Below, piece by piece: positions 1 through 9,928 of a DNA stretch of 64,000 nt. Source of the stretch: a virus; the IMG/VR virus record IMGVR_UViG_3300032294_002055, positions 7,878-71,877 of that record; one strand, given 5' to 3'. A model generated the notes under the pieces. That model searched no databases, was not told where the DNA came from, and saw only the letters and a program-made list of their open reading frames with translations. Both the position numbers and the translations under genes were made by a program. The stretch's first letter is position 1; the number at the start of each line of letters is the position of its first letter.

Positions 1-177
1 TTCGCTGAACCGAATTTCCTTGGTCGTGCTTACGTCCTCCAGGACGTCACCATGTACGTAGAGAAGAAGAAGGACATCCTTCGCTTCTCCGCACAGGAGA
101 AGATCGGTATCACGTTTGCTAACGTGGCTGGTCTGAACAAGGTGACCTTCAATGGCGCTCGTATCTCAGCCGTCTAA
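1..177 (+). CDS. major capsid protein, C-terminal fragment (5' truncated by window)
   Basis: Frame 1 is open to TAA at 175-177: FAEPNFLGRAYVLQDVTMYVEKKKDILRFSAQEKIGITFANVAGLNKVTF. It resembles HK97-fold MCP C-termini, has strong C-ending codon bias, and is followed by a terminator and neck/tail genes. Confidence 0.7.
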   Translation, partial: FAEPNFLGRAYVLQDVTMYVEKKKDILRFSAQEKIGITFANVAGLNKVTFNGARISAV

Positions 178-199
178 TATCGGTTAGATCAACTGTACT

Positions 200-231
200 G
201 GGCCGCAGGGGTAAAATCCTGCGGCCCTTTT
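200..231 (+). terminator. intrinsic terminator after capsid gene
   Basis: GGGCCGCAGG-N8-CCTGCGGCCC perfect 10-bp stem followed by TTTT. Confidence 0.9.
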
Positions 232-240
232 ACTTTACTA

Positions 241-269
241 ATGACAAGAGTTAAATTAGAGTATAAATT
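241..269 (+). promoter_or_regulatory. sigma70-like promoter, probably giving a leaderless mRNA
   Basis: ATGACA-N17-TAAATT (overlapping TATAAAT at 262-268); predicted +1 falls near the ATG at 276. Confidence 0.5.
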
Positions 270-275
270 ACTAAT

Positions 276-1493
276 ATGAGCAAACATCTTGCTACCCACC
301 CGGATTTTATCAAAGCATTTGTATCTGAATGTTTTTCTAGAGGATTTAATGAAAAACAAGCTTCAGAACTTTTAGAATCTTATGCTAAAGCCGAATTTTA
401 TCGTACAGATAAAGATTTCAAAGAAGGCGTAGACTCGTTTTTTAAAGAAGCCAATACTGTACCCAAGGCCACTTTGAATTTAATTAAAGCGTTAGCTTCT
501 TCCGCAAAAGGTAAGCCTGGAATTTCAACGCCAATACTTTCAGGAGCAGCTGCAGGCGCTCTTGCTCCTGAAGGCGTGCTACCAGATGATTTCCAAGGCG
601 GTGCGCTTTCTGGTGCTGCACTCGGCGCATTGCTTGGTGCTGTGGGTACTAGAGGTAAAGGTTTAGGTGCATCTTTGAGTAGACTCGGTAAATCTGTTTC
701 CAAAGGTGGTGTTGGGCGTACTGCTTTAGGCGAAGCTGGACGTTTAGTTACTAATAAATCTATCCTTAAAGGTACGGGTAGAGGTATTCTTGGCGGACTC
801 TCAGCTGCTGGCGTTTCTCAAGCTATGGACCAAGGTTTAGGCAGTCTCCTTCCCGGAAGAAAACCTAGCATTAATCCTAACACTGGTATGCCTTGGTATA
901 TGAGGGATGGCGCGGCTGCAACACAGTCAACTAATACTGCAGTGGCAGATCCTTTTGAATTACCGCCTGAAATAATGGCACGGCTTAGTGCCGGAAGTGG
1001 CGGAGGACAAGCTGGTGCAAATATGACAGGACCTCTCGGAGACCTGGCAAATAAAAAGAACCAGTTGCTGACATTAGAAGGTCAAATTTCCACATTACAA
1101 AATTCACTTCCTTCCGGGGCAACTCCAAGTTCTTATGCGCAAAGACAATCAATTCAGAATCAGATAGATAATCTGAAAATGCAGAGAAATTCATTGGTGG
1201 GAAATATTGGTTCTTTAGAAAGACAAATTAATACTGATAAATCCAACATGTTTAATTCTGCTATTGAAGCACAGCGCTTGGCGGAGAGAGGGCTTTCATC
1301 TACAAGAAATGAATTTGATACGCTTAGACGTAGACAGCAACTGGCAGCAGAAGGCGGTTTCCTCGGCGGTGCCATGGGACTATACAACCGCATGACCGGG
1401 TTAGATCGTCAGCTTGCTGAATTAGATCCTGCCTATGCTGGTTATGAAAATGAAATCGAGCAAGCTAGAAAATTACAGGAATTAGCAAGATAA
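276..1493 (+). CDS. putative internal head/ejection protein
   Basis: Lies right after the capsid gene; N-terminal KQAS and FFKEA motifs, Gly/Ala-rich hydrophobic segments, C-terminal coiled coil. Confidence 0.45.
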   Translation: MSKHLATHPDFIKAFVSECFSRGFNEKQASELLESYAKAEFYRTDKDFKEGVDSFFKEANTVPKATLNLIKALASSAKGKPGISTPILSGAAAGALAPEGVLPDDFQGGALSGAALGALLGAVGTRGKGLGASLSRLGKSVSKGGVGRTALGEAGRLVTNKSILKGTGRGILGGLSAAGVSQAMDQGLGSLLPGRKPSINPNTGMPWYMRDGAAATQSTNTAVADPFELPPEIMARLSAGSGGGQAGANMTGPLGDLANKKNQLLTLEGQISTLQNSLPSGATPSSYAQRQSIQNQIDNLKMQRNSLVGNIGSLERQINTDKSNMFNSAIEAQRLAERGLSSTRNEFDTLRRRQQLAAEGGFLGGAMGLYNRMTGLDRQLAELDPAYAGYENEIEQARKLQELAR

Positions 1494-1497
1494 TATT

Positions 1498-1914
1498 ATG
1501 GCATGTATCACATCAGAAGATGTTAGAATGTATATCTTTGATAGAAGTATCGAAGATAACGATCTGCTTTTAGACTTAAACTTTAGCGAGGAAGAAATCG
1601 CTAACTGTATGGTCAGAGCAGCTCGGGAATATGCTAGTATTCCTCCATATACAAGCACAGTGTCTCCTGCTTGTTTACCTGCTGATACCAATATGTTTCT
1701 GGATGCAATCGTCGCGCAGTTATACATGAGTGAGATGAATAAATTGATGCGCAATGACATTGATTATACATCTGGAAATGTCACTACAAATTTAGTGGCA
1801 AAAAGGATTAAACATTTAGCCGACTTAGTTAAATTCTATCAGGAGCGATTTAAGCTTGCAGCTAAGGAATGGAAAATTAGTGAAAACGTCAGTGCAGGTT
1901 TCTTTCATTATTAA
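1498..1914 (+). CDS. putative head-tail adaptor (neck) protein
   Basis: 138 aa, predicted helical; position between capsid and sheath genes. Confidence 0.5.
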   Translation: MACITSEDVRMYIFDRSIEDNDLLLDLNFSEEEIANCMVRAAREYASIPPYTSTVSPACLPADTNMFLDAIVAQLYMSEMNKLMRNDIDYTSGNVTTNLVAKRIKHLADLVKFYQERFKLAAKEWKISENVSAGFFHY

Positions 1915-2735
1915 TGAGCAATCCATTTTTAAATGTTCATATTCAGCCTTCGTATGCGCGGGATCAGGCTGTAATTAACTGGACTGTCCGTCCTGGATAT
2001 GCCGGTGCGGAATACTATGTATTCAAATCATACAATAAAGGCGTAGCGCCTTGGAAGTTGGTAAATGAGGAGCCTGTTTATAATAATATGCTCCAAGATC
2101 AAAATCTTTTTGTAGATGGCGATCCTTACTACAGAGTGTTGATGGTTTGGAATGGGCAGGAGTTTGATAGTCCCATTGTAGGCACATTTGATAAATTATC
2201 TAAAGCTCAATATGGCGGTGTAAGCCGCATGATGCAGCTTGAATATCTGCGTATGAGTACTGGTAACGGTATTCAGGTTTTGCATTATATCCCATTAATT
2301 GATGGTGAATATGTGGAAGGCGTAGATCCTGATACACAGCAGATGTATAGCGTCCCATGTAAAGATGATTATACAGACAATTTAGGAGAGATGTTCAAAG
2401 GTGGTTTCGCTAGCCCGGTTTATACATGGATTGAAATATCCAGGTTTGGAGATGACGTAAGAACAGAAAGTGAAGATGGTACCGGTGTTAATAACAAACT
2501 AATTCATCAAGGTAGGCTTCTAGCATTTCCAAGACCTAAACCAAATCATTTAATTATACATCCTCCTACAGACAATAGATATGTAGTGACAGAAAAAGTG
2601 CAGGGTAATTTTTTTAGAGGCGTATTCCCTATATCTTATGATGTAGGCCTTCAATTACTGAGAAAATCTGATCCAAGATATAAGGTTGCTGTACCTTCTC
2701 CTCTTCCAACTCCTTTATGGGCTAAATATGAATAA
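1914..2735 (+). CDS. putative head-closure/neck protein
   Basis: Synteny; beta-rich N-terminal domain plus C-terminal FPRPKPNHLIIHPPTDNRYVV of head-closure type; TAATG coupling to the previous gene. Confidence 0.45.
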   Translation: MSNPFLNVHIQPSYARDQAVINWTVRPGYAGAEYYVFKSYNKGVAPWKLVNEEPVYNNMLQDQNLFVDGDPYYRVLMVWNGQEFDSPIVGTFDKLSKAQYGGVSRMMQLEYLRMSTGNGIQVLHYIPLIDGEYVEGVDPDTQQMYSVPCKDDYTDNLGEMFKGGFASPVYTWIEISRFGDDVRTESEDGTGVNNKLIHQGRLLAFPRPKPNHLIIHPPTDNRYVVTEKVQGNFFRGVFPISYDVGLQLLRKSDPRYKVAVPSPLPTPLWAKYE

Positions 2736-3363
2736 AGAAGATTACGTTCAATTATTTAATTGTATGAGCGAACCATTGAATGGTTCTAATTTACGTACAA
2801 TATTTTTGTTAATGACTAGGGCTCATTATTCTGATTCAAAGAATTTTGGGTATTTAGAAGAGCAATTAAAATGCGCGGTATGGAATTCAGATCATTCTAA
2901 ATCAGCATTAGAAATCGATCCTTCCTACCAATATGATATTAACAGAGATAACCGTAAACCGGGTATTTATGTTGGTGTAGATCAGCCTTGTCAGTTTAGT
3001 AAAGTTGACCTTGCAGCGAGGCAAGGTAATATCCCGGATAATAGCGGTTTCTTCTCAGGACAATTATTGCGCACAGCCGTAAGTTTCATTCATGTATTTG
3101 AAAGCGCAGATCAAGCTTTATTAGCGGCGGACTGCACTGCTTCATTCTTTGTTGGTATTAAGGAATCGCTACGCAATAAATTAAATCTTAGTTCTTTTGA
3201 ACCTATTTCTATTTCTCCTCCAGCCCTCATAGAAAAAGCGCCAGAAAGATTCTTTAGAGTTGACGTGATCTTCGGAATATCGTTTAATTATAGCGTGTTA
3301 GTGAATATAGAAAGTCACCGACTTAAAAAATTCGCTATTGAATTCGCGCCACAAGCGAGTTAA
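2728..3363 (+). CDS. putative tail terminator/completion protein
   Basis: Directly upstream of the sheath gene; likely start is ATG 2728, overlapping the previous stop. Confidence 0.45.
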   Translation: MNKEDYVQLFNCMSEPLNGSNLRTIFLLMTRAHYSDSKNFGYLEEQLKCAVWNSDHSKSALEIDPSYQYDINRDNRKPGIYVGVDQPCQFSKVDLAARQGNIPDNSGFFSGQLLRTAVSFIHVFESADQALLAADCTASFFVGIKESLRNKLNLSSFEPISISPPALIEKAPERFFRVDVIFGISFNYSVLVNIESHRLKKFAIEFAPQAS

Positions 3364-3419
3364 ACTTGCAAAGAATCATTTTCCCATTAAAGTATAGTAA
3401 CTTCACACCTTAGAAGAAT

Positions 3420-5762
3420 ATGCCTATCCCCAATTACGTTCGCCCGCAACTCACTATTGAGCAAATTCTGCAGCGTACCCCCGATGCTACCACGGATCGT
3501 ATTTCCGCTGTTGTTATTGGTCGCGAATATTTAATCAATCGTGTAGGCGTTACTTCAAATGTTTACAGCGTTAGTTTCAGCGCTACTGGTTATTCTGGTA
3601 CTGGTGCTACTTCTGGTATTCCTTTCAAAGTCTACGATGCGGCTTCTAGCAGCTATCAGCCTTTAGACACTTCAGTGTACAGCGTCACTGCTGGTAATAC
3701 TGATCTGTATATTCAGAATGGCGAAGGTATCCATTTGGATCTGAACCAAGCTGCTATGGATGGTGGTTCTCCTGGCGTGTGGAGAGTCAAGAGCGCGGAA
3801 AGCCCTAACGCACTTGTATTCTATTCTGCTACTGATAAAAAGTTAGTGTCTTCTTCTACTGCAGAACTTTATTCAGAACTTGATGGTCGCTCATTAGCTG
3901 TGGGTGATATTTTCTATGTTTCCGAAGGTGTTACTGCCACTCCTCGCCGTCGTACTGTAACCGCAGTAACAGCAAATGAAGTTACTCTCAGCGGTCCTAT
4001 TGTAGGTTCTACTGCAGCAACTCCAGTAACGGCAACTTTGGGCGCTACCGCATCTAACGCAACAGCTTTAACATTAGGTTCAACTGCCGGACTGACCGCA
4101 GGTCAGCCTGTTATCAGTCTTTCCGGGACTGCCTCGTTCTTCTCAGCAGGTACTTACATCTCAGCAGTTGGTTCTACTGGCGTAACGCTCAGCGCAGGTG
4201 TGACTGCTGTTAACGGGTCTACTATCAGCTTCTCAAATCTTCTGTACTCGCTTCAGTCAACTATCATAGTTAATAAAAATTTAGCTACCGATCAGTTCAC
4301 TGTTGATGTTACGAATACACAAGTTACTACTGATGCTAATCCTACAGTTGACATTGCAGAATTTGATACAGGTTCTGAAGCTCGTACGCTTAAGGACGGT
4401 CGCGGCAACCTTCTGGTTTCATACAGAGCTCTGCGCGCTCCTACATCTACCGAATCTTTAATCGAGATCTCCACTGTCTCCGATATCACGGATAAGCTGG
4501 GTACGATTGACATGGAGAATGAAATCGCCTTCGGCGCTAATGAGGCTTTCTCAGGTTCTCAAGGTAAAGTAATCTATGCTCTGCGCGTTGCGGATGACAC
4601 GACTACAGCATATACAACAGCTCTCAAGAAAATTGAGGCTACGGATATGGTGTATGCGCTGACTCCTATGACTGATAAGCTGACTGTGCAGCAGATCGTT
4701 ACTACGCACTGTGAAGCTATGTCTCGGAAGGATGTCAAAAACTTCCGTAGATGTTACGTCGGTACCGACTCCCCCGGAGAATACGCTGCGCTGGCTAGAT
4801 ATGATGGTTCTCCTATTCAAGTTGCAATTACAGTAAGTCCTTCATCTGCTCCAGTCCTTGACGTGGTTACTGCAGGTGTAAATCTTGAAACTGTAGGCCT
4901 TGTTCAAGGTGACATCGTAAAAATGATCGACTCTCTTGGTAACTACACCGGAGCCGAGTATATAATTTCTAACGTCACTGACGCTAATACCGCTTACCTT
5001 ACCACTGGTCCTGCTTCTAGCCAGACCCAGGTGTTTGCTGAGTTCTGGAAAGCTGATACTCCTGAAAGCCAAGCTGCTTATGTTGCTGATGTTTCAGCCG
5101 CATTGGGTAGTCGCCGGGCAGTGAACATATGGGTTGAAAACGGCACGCGCCTTATCGACGGTGTTCGCACTGTGATCCCAAATAAGTATGTTGCTGCTGA
5201 AGTCGCTGGTCTCCGTTCTGCTGTGATTCCTTGGCAGGGTCTGACTCTTACCGAGATCAACTCTATCACAGACGCTCCTGCTATGTATACCCGCTACACA
5301 AATACACTGCTCAACACAGTGGCTGCAGCTGGTACATTCATTGTCACCCAGGAAGCTGAAAGCGGCGGTGTATTCATCAGACACCAGCTTACTACGCAAT
5401 CAGATGCAGGTAGCCTGGCTTACGAAGATAGCATCGGTGTTTCACTTGATGCAATCTCCTTCCAAATCAAAGATGCCTTGAATGTCTTTGTGGGTCGCAA
5501 GAATGTGACTCGCCAGACACTCGAAGAAATCTACGATACAGTTTGGACAATCTTAAATGGCGCGACCACCTCAGCAGCTATTGCTGATTACGGTCCGCAG
5601 CTTAATGGATTCACCAACAAGGCTGGCGAGAGAAACAAAGTGGATGTTACCGTTCACCCAACTCTTAAAGATAGAGTTCAGGTTTACGCCAGACTCCTTA
5701 TGCCTCTGCCTCTGAATACGCTTGAAGTGATTCTTGATGCTTCAGTAGACTTCGCACTTTAA
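3420..5762 (+). CDS. tail sheath protein
   Basis: N-terminal YVRPQLTIEQ and sheath-like C-terminus (FIRHQLTT...LKDRVQVYARLLMPLPLNTLEVIL); followed by a tube-sized gene. Confidence 0.85.
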   Translation: MPIPNYVRPQLTIEQILQRTPDATTDRISAVVIGREYLINRVGVTSNVYSVSFSATGYSGTGATSGIPFKVYDAASSSYQPLDTSVYSVTAGNTDLYIQNGEGIHLDLNQAAMDGGSPGVWRVKSAESPNALVFYSATDKKLVSSSTAELYSELDGRSLAVGDIFYVSEGVTATPRRRTVTAVTANEVTLSGPIVGSTAATPVTATLGATASNATALTLGSTAGLTAGQPVISLSGTASFFSAGTYISAVGSTGVTLSAGVTAVNGSTISFSNLLYSLQSTIIVNKNLATDQFTVDVTNTQVTTDANPTVDIAEFDTGSEARTLKDGRGNLLVSYRALRAPTSTESLIEISTVSDITDKLGTIDMENEIAFGANEAFSGSQGKVIYALRVADDTTTAYTTALKKIEATDMVYALTPMTDKLTVQQIVTTHCEAMSRKDVKNFRRCYVGTDSPGEYAALARYDGSPIQVAITVSPSSAPVLDVVTAGVNLETVGLVQGDIVKMIDSLGNYTGAEYIISNVTDANTAYLTTGPASSQTQVFAEFWKADTPESQAAYVADVSAALGSRRAVNIWVENGTRLIDGVRTVIPNKYVAAEVAGLRSAVIPWQGLTLTEINSITDAPAMYTRYTNTLLNTVAAAGTFIVTQEAESGGVFIRHQLTTQSDAGSLAYEDSIGVSLDAISFQIKDALNVFVGRKNVTRQTLEEIYDTVWTILNGATTSAAIADYGPQLNGFTNKAGERNKVDVTVHPTLKDRVQVYARLLMPLPLNTLEVILDASVDFAL

Positions 5763-5784
5763 TCCTTACCCTTAATATAAATAT

Positions 5785-6216
5785 ATGGCCCAAGACTTTT
5801 TCGGTTATAACAGAACAGTAGGTTCAAGCAATCAGCTTTCTAGTTCTGAATTTGCAGCGCTTACAGTAGGTTCGCGTGTGATGCTCTGTCAGAGCGTCAA
5901 CGCTTCTTACCAGCAGGAAGTACGTCCTATTTACGAGGTAGGTAATCCCTCCATCTTCTTCGTACCCGGACATGCATCTGGTGCAGTAGGTTTTTCTCGC
6001 TTAGCTGGTGAAGGTAGCTTCTTCTCTCAGCTTAGAGACAATAACTGCGGTCAGATTACTCCTGTTAGTATCAACTCATCTGGCAGCGCATGCTTCACTG
6101 GTAGCGGTACCCTCAATTTTGCTGGTGCTGTTATTCGTAGTGTGTCACTTACCATGACTACCGGCGCAATTGAAATCACCGAGCAGGCTGATTTGATTGT
6201 GGCTTCCATGAGCTAA
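5785..6216 (+). CDS. tail tube protein
   Basis: 143 aa after the sheath; motif QSVNASYQQEVRPIYEVG typical of contractile tail tubes. Confidence 0.8.
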   Translation: MAQDFFGYNRTVGSSNQLSSSEFAALTVGSRVMLCQSVNASYQQEVRPIYEVGNPSIFFVPGHASGAVGFSRLAGEGSFFSQLRDNNCGQITPVSINSSGSACFTGSGTLNFAGAVIRSVSLTMTTGAIEITEQADLIVASMS

Positions 6217-6231
6217 TACTTTCGGTAATTC

Positions 6232-6260
6232 TTGACATCTCTAACTTAAAACCTTAAATA
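6232..6260 (+). promoter_or_regulatory. putative promoter overlapping terminator
   Basis: Perfect TTGACA (6232-6237)-N17-TAAATA. Confidence 0.45.
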
Positions 6261-6292
6261 GCGGTTATCGAAAGGTAGCCGCTATTTTTTTT
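6256..6292 (+). terminator. intrinsic terminator after tube gene
   Basis: AAATAGCGGTTATC-GAAA-GGTAGCCGCTATTT followed by a T run. Confidence 0.9.
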
Positions 6293-6295
6293 ATT

Positions 6296-8827
6296 ATGAT
6301 TACTCCAAAAGGCGATGCAATGTCCGCAGGTTCTAATCAGCCTGGATTAACTCGCATAGAAGCAGGTCGTGTTTACACGGGCATTATTAAAGAGACGCAT
6401 CATGGCGATGGGCTTTACACAGTAGAAGTTGATGGAATTGGAACAAACATTACTTGTGTATGGGCTGCTGGCATATTCTCTCCTATTCTAGGAATTAGAA
6501 CCAAGTACTATCCTACATTGGATACTAAAGTTGCAATGCTGGCTACAGGTCTAAATTCTGGATGGATCATTACTACTGCGCCTAGTGAGAAGTATGACTC
6601 AGCAGCAGGAGGTGCGCTTACCATGGCGGGTGTTCAGCTAGACGAAGAAAAGCTTGAGCCTTTCGAGCAGGAACTGAGCGGTATGGGATTAAGTGTAACT
6701 AATCCTAATGATTTGCTGGAAGGTGAATTTGCTATAGCCAATAATTTTGGTGTAGCTATTCAATTCCTTACTACGTTAATTAAAATGCAAGCTTCAGAGC
6801 GGGCAAAGATTGAAGCCTCGCTTATGGATGACATGGTGAGAATTGTTAGCGAAACATTTAAACACTACAGCTCATTTGGTGATTTCCAAATTTATAATGA
6901 CGGTAGATTGAATGTAAGATTTGACGGGTCTAGTTATGAGTTTGAATCTTTTGGTAAAGAAAATAATACCGATCCTCTTGTTAATGCTAATAACAAACAG
7001 GTGGAATTCCAGAAAACATATAATGAAACTGGCAGATGGAGATTTAGTGAATACATTGGTTTCCTTGGTGATTTTATTCACACCTTTGTAACTGAACCTA
7101 ATGCTACATTAGCTTCCATTGCTGAAGAAGCTACCCGTCCTGGAAAGGCTCGAATGCAGATGCATAGCGATGGTACAATCTTGATGCAGAGCGTAGCAGA
7201 CATAACCATTGAGCGCGTATGTCGTGTTGTATCACCTACAGAGGTTAAAAGACAGGATGACCCAGAAGGTAATAAGAAAAATGAATTCGATAAGCTTAAT
7301 AAAGAATATCTGAAGATTTGGAGCTACGGTAAAGACATGAGTAAAGCGCATTATGCATCTTACCAATTAAGGCAATATGCACGTTGGCTATCCTGCTTCC
7401 ATTCCTTTGCCCGGTTTCATCAATTAGATAAAGACTGGAAGCTACCTAAAGAAACTGATTTTGAACATTCATGGACTAATCAGGAACAAGATGTAGAGCA
7501 GGCAAATGCAGGGCAAGACACCCTGTATGATGTGTATGCTACATTCAGAATTATGAGAGATGGATCCATATTAATTATGGATGGATTTAATTCTGCTATA
7601 TCTATGGTGAGAGGTAATATTCAAATGTCGGCAGTAAGGCATATTGAATTAGATGCTGCCGGGGATATTAGAATTAATGCAGGGCAGAACCTGTACATTA
7701 AAGCACGACGTAATATTGAGATCTCTGCTATTGTAGGCGGTCTTACATTGAAGGCACGTACATGGTGGAAAGCCCTGTGTGAATGGGGAACAGTATGGAT
7801 TAAATCTGACGCAATCGATCCTTCTTCTGGACAAAGTATTCCTACACCTGAAGATGCTACACAAGATCCTGAACCAGAAGTTCACGGTGCTGCTATATTC
7901 TTAGACGCTGCTAGAGGACAGACTTTAATTCAAAGTGAAAGGAGAGCTACTGTATCTGTCATTGGTAATCCTGATGATAATGATTCATTAACTGATACTA
8001 CGGCTTCTGTTGTTATTCAGAGTAAGAATCAGGATGTTCGTTCTATTGCTGCAAGACATGCAGCTGTTAAATCAGAAGGACGCAGCCAAGGAAAGATTAT
8101 TTTAGATTCCGCTAATGCTATTATTGTTACTGCATTTAGCTTCTTAATGAAGATTAAATTAATATTTGATATCAATAAGAAATTTACATTACGTAGTGAT
8201 AATATTGTTAATGTGGAAGAAATCCGCAGTAAACGAGCGCATTCTGAACAGACAATTTCTGGACCTGAGAATAAAGGCGTTGATCATGAAAATGATAGGA
8301 TTCCACACCACGGACACGGACATCATATTCTTAAATTTAATGGAGATGCAACACCTATTGAATTTGCAGACAACGAAGAAGTACAGCAATTAACTGACTA
8401 TACTTCGGCAGATGTTAATGAAGTTAATCCTCATGAAGATGTAGGCGATCCTGCTAACGGACCTGATTGGGCGTATACCGCAGAAGATAAAACATTTAAT
8501 AATCAGGGGTATGTAGAACAACCTTTAGAAGATGAAACATTCCAGCCTATGGCGCAGCAAAGATTAGCTGAAGATGGTACAGATAATCTTATTGATAAAG
8601 CATCTTATGAAGAATGGGATTGGGAAAATGATAATGCTCTTAAACCGGGTATAAGAACTGATACTTCTAGTCGCCCATTCCCCGGAGCAGCAGCCCAGGA
8701 AAAGAAATTTACAGCTGGACAACCATTGCATCAGCCTTTAGATGAAGAGTATTCGGCGCAGTCTCCTGACAATGCGCAAGATCCTTTAAACCAAGCAATC
8801 ACTCGCAAGTTTATCAAATACAGTTAA
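6296..8827 (+). CDS. baseplate spike/hub protein (gp5/VgrG-like)
   Basis: N-terminal OB-fold-like region and beta-helix-type repeats (IELDAAGDIRINAGQNLYIKARRNIEISA); tail context. Confidence 0.65.
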   Translation: MITPKGDAMSAGSNQPGLTRIEAGRVYTGIIKETHHGDGLYTVEVDGIGTNITCVWAAGIFSPILGIRTKYYPTLDTKVAMLATGLNSGWIITTAPSEKYDSAAGGALTMAGVQLDEEKLEPFEQELSGMGLSVTNPNDLLEGEFAIANNFGVAIQFLTTLIKMQASERAKIEASLMDDMVRIVSETFKHYSSFGDFQIYNDGRLNVRFDGSSYEFESFGKENNTDPLVNANNKQVEFQKTYNETGRWRFSEYIGFLGDFIHTFVTEPNATLASIAEEATRPGKARMQMHSDGTILMQSVADITIERVCRVVSPTEVKRQDDPEGNKKNEFDKLNKEYLKIWSYGKDMSKAHYASYQLRQYARWLSCFHSFARFHQLDKDWKLPKETDFEHSWTNQEQDVEQANAGQDTLYDVYATFRIMRDGSILIMDGFNSAISMVRGNIQMSAVRHIELDAAGDIRINAGQNLYIKARRNIEISAIVGGLTLKARTWWKALCEWGTVWIKSDAIDPSSGQSIPTPEDATQDPEPEVHGAAIFLDAARGQTLIQSERRATVSVIGNPDDNDSLTDTTASVVIQSKNQDVRSIAARHAAVKSEGRSQGKIILDSANAIIVTAFSFLMKIKLIFDINKKFTLRSDNIVNVEEIRSKRAHSEQTISGPENKGVDHENDRIPHHGHGHHILKFNGDATPIEFADNEEVQQLTDYTSADVNEVNPHEDVGDPANGPDWAYTAEDKTFNNQGYVEQPLEDETFQPMAQQRLAEDGTDNLIDKASYEEWDWENDNALKPGIRTDTSSRPFPGAAAQEKKFTAGQPLHQPLDEEYSAQSPDNAQDPLNQAITRKFIKYS

Positions 8828-8831
8828 TATC

Positions 8832-9563
8832 ATGAGCCAAGTAAATCCTGAAGATGTAAAAGCGTTCCTTTCTCAACAAGAGCAGAACACAGAAAATGTA
8901 GAGGTTACAACTGAGTCCCAGATACCAGGGCATGAGGTTATTAATCTTGACGAGGCGCGTAAACAGCAAGAGCAAGAACAGGCAGAGGTTAAAGCGCTGC
9001 ACGATAAGGTGGAGGAAGATCGCAGCAAATTGTTTGAGCCAGATAAAGCTAGCCTAGCACATTTATCTTCTTGGGTATTTGCTGCTGGTAATCTTGAAGC
9101 AAAAGTTGATGCAGAAGACAAGGCGTTATACCTCAAATCTCTTTTAAACGATATTCCTCTAGCGCTTAATATAAAATTAGAAATGGGTATTAATTTTGTA
9201 ATTAGAGCTACTACTAATTACGATCTCGATGTTATTTTTAAATGTCTTGAAAAATATAGCGAGGAAAGTAAAATTCCTGGTCCTGCTCAATATGCAAGTC
9301 TGGTGCAGAAATGCGCAGCTGCAATTCAGATTATTAAATTTGGAGATCAGCCATTAAATCCTCCTACGTTTACGTACGGTCAAAATAGCGTTGAAAAAGA
9401 TGCGGAAATTTTAAGAGAACGTATTGAAACTGTCCTTGGTAAATGGGCGTGGCCTAAATGGAATACTGCTATAACTGCACTTAGAATTTTTGAAGCTAAA
9501 CTTGCTCTTTGCAATGAGAATGCGCGTCAGGCAAATTTTTGGCAGACCGCAGATGCCAATTAA
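8832..9563 (+). CDS. tail assembly chaperone (gpG-like)
   Basis: Upstream of tape measure; slippery heptamer A-AAT-TTT at 9533-9539. Confidence 0.7.
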   Translation: MSQVNPEDVKAFLSQQEQNTENVEVTTESQIPGHEVINLDEARKQQEQEQAEVKALHDKVEEDRSKLFEPDKASLAHLSSWVFAAGNLEAKVDAEDKALYLKSLLNDIPLALNIKLEMGINFVIRATTNYDLDVIFKCLEKYSEESKIPGPAQYASLVQKCAAAIQIIKFGDQPLNPPTFTYGQNSVEKDAEILRERIETVLGKWAWPKWNTAITALRIFEAKLALCNENARQANFWQTADAN

Positions 9564-9583
9564 TGCTGGTAGCCTATCTGCGG
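9533..9583 (+). promoter_or_regulatory. programmed -1 ribosomal frameshift signal
   Basis: X-XXY-YYZ heptamer AAATTTT, 7-nt spacer, stem CCGCAGAT (9547-9554)/ATCTGCGG (9576-9583). Confidence 0.8.
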
Positions 9584-9928
9584 GGGCTGTTAAAACCTGA
9601 TTATCCACAGGGCGTTCGGTCCGTAATCAGAGAGAACTTTATTTTGCAGGCTCTTTCTAGAGAGCTGGATGCAAAAGAAATGCTCGCGCGCGTAGAGCAT
9701 GAGGGAACCTTTATTGCTTTAATAACGCATGACAATGCTAACAAGCTATTGAAACACCAAGATAAAATGTTATCTTTGGCTTTCAATAACTTCAGACACA
9801 AGGCAGAAAAACACAGCAATAAATCAATTAACATGGAAGCTATTGATAAACTATTATCTACTTATGCTGCGCTTAAGAAACAAGGCATGGTAGGTCTTAA
9901 CCCCGCAACCGCTGACAATGTCAATTAA
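9539..9928 (+). CDS. tail assembly chaperone -1 frameshift extension (gpT-like)
   Basis: Opens in the -1 frame exactly at the slippery site; the ORF track start is only a TTG. Confidence 0.7.
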   Translation: MADRRCQLMLVAYLRGLLKPDYPQGVRSVIRENFILQALSRELDAKEMLARVEHEGTFIALITHDNANKLLKHQDKMLSLAFNNFRHKAEKHSNKSINMEAIDKLLSTYAALKKQGMVGLNPATADNVN

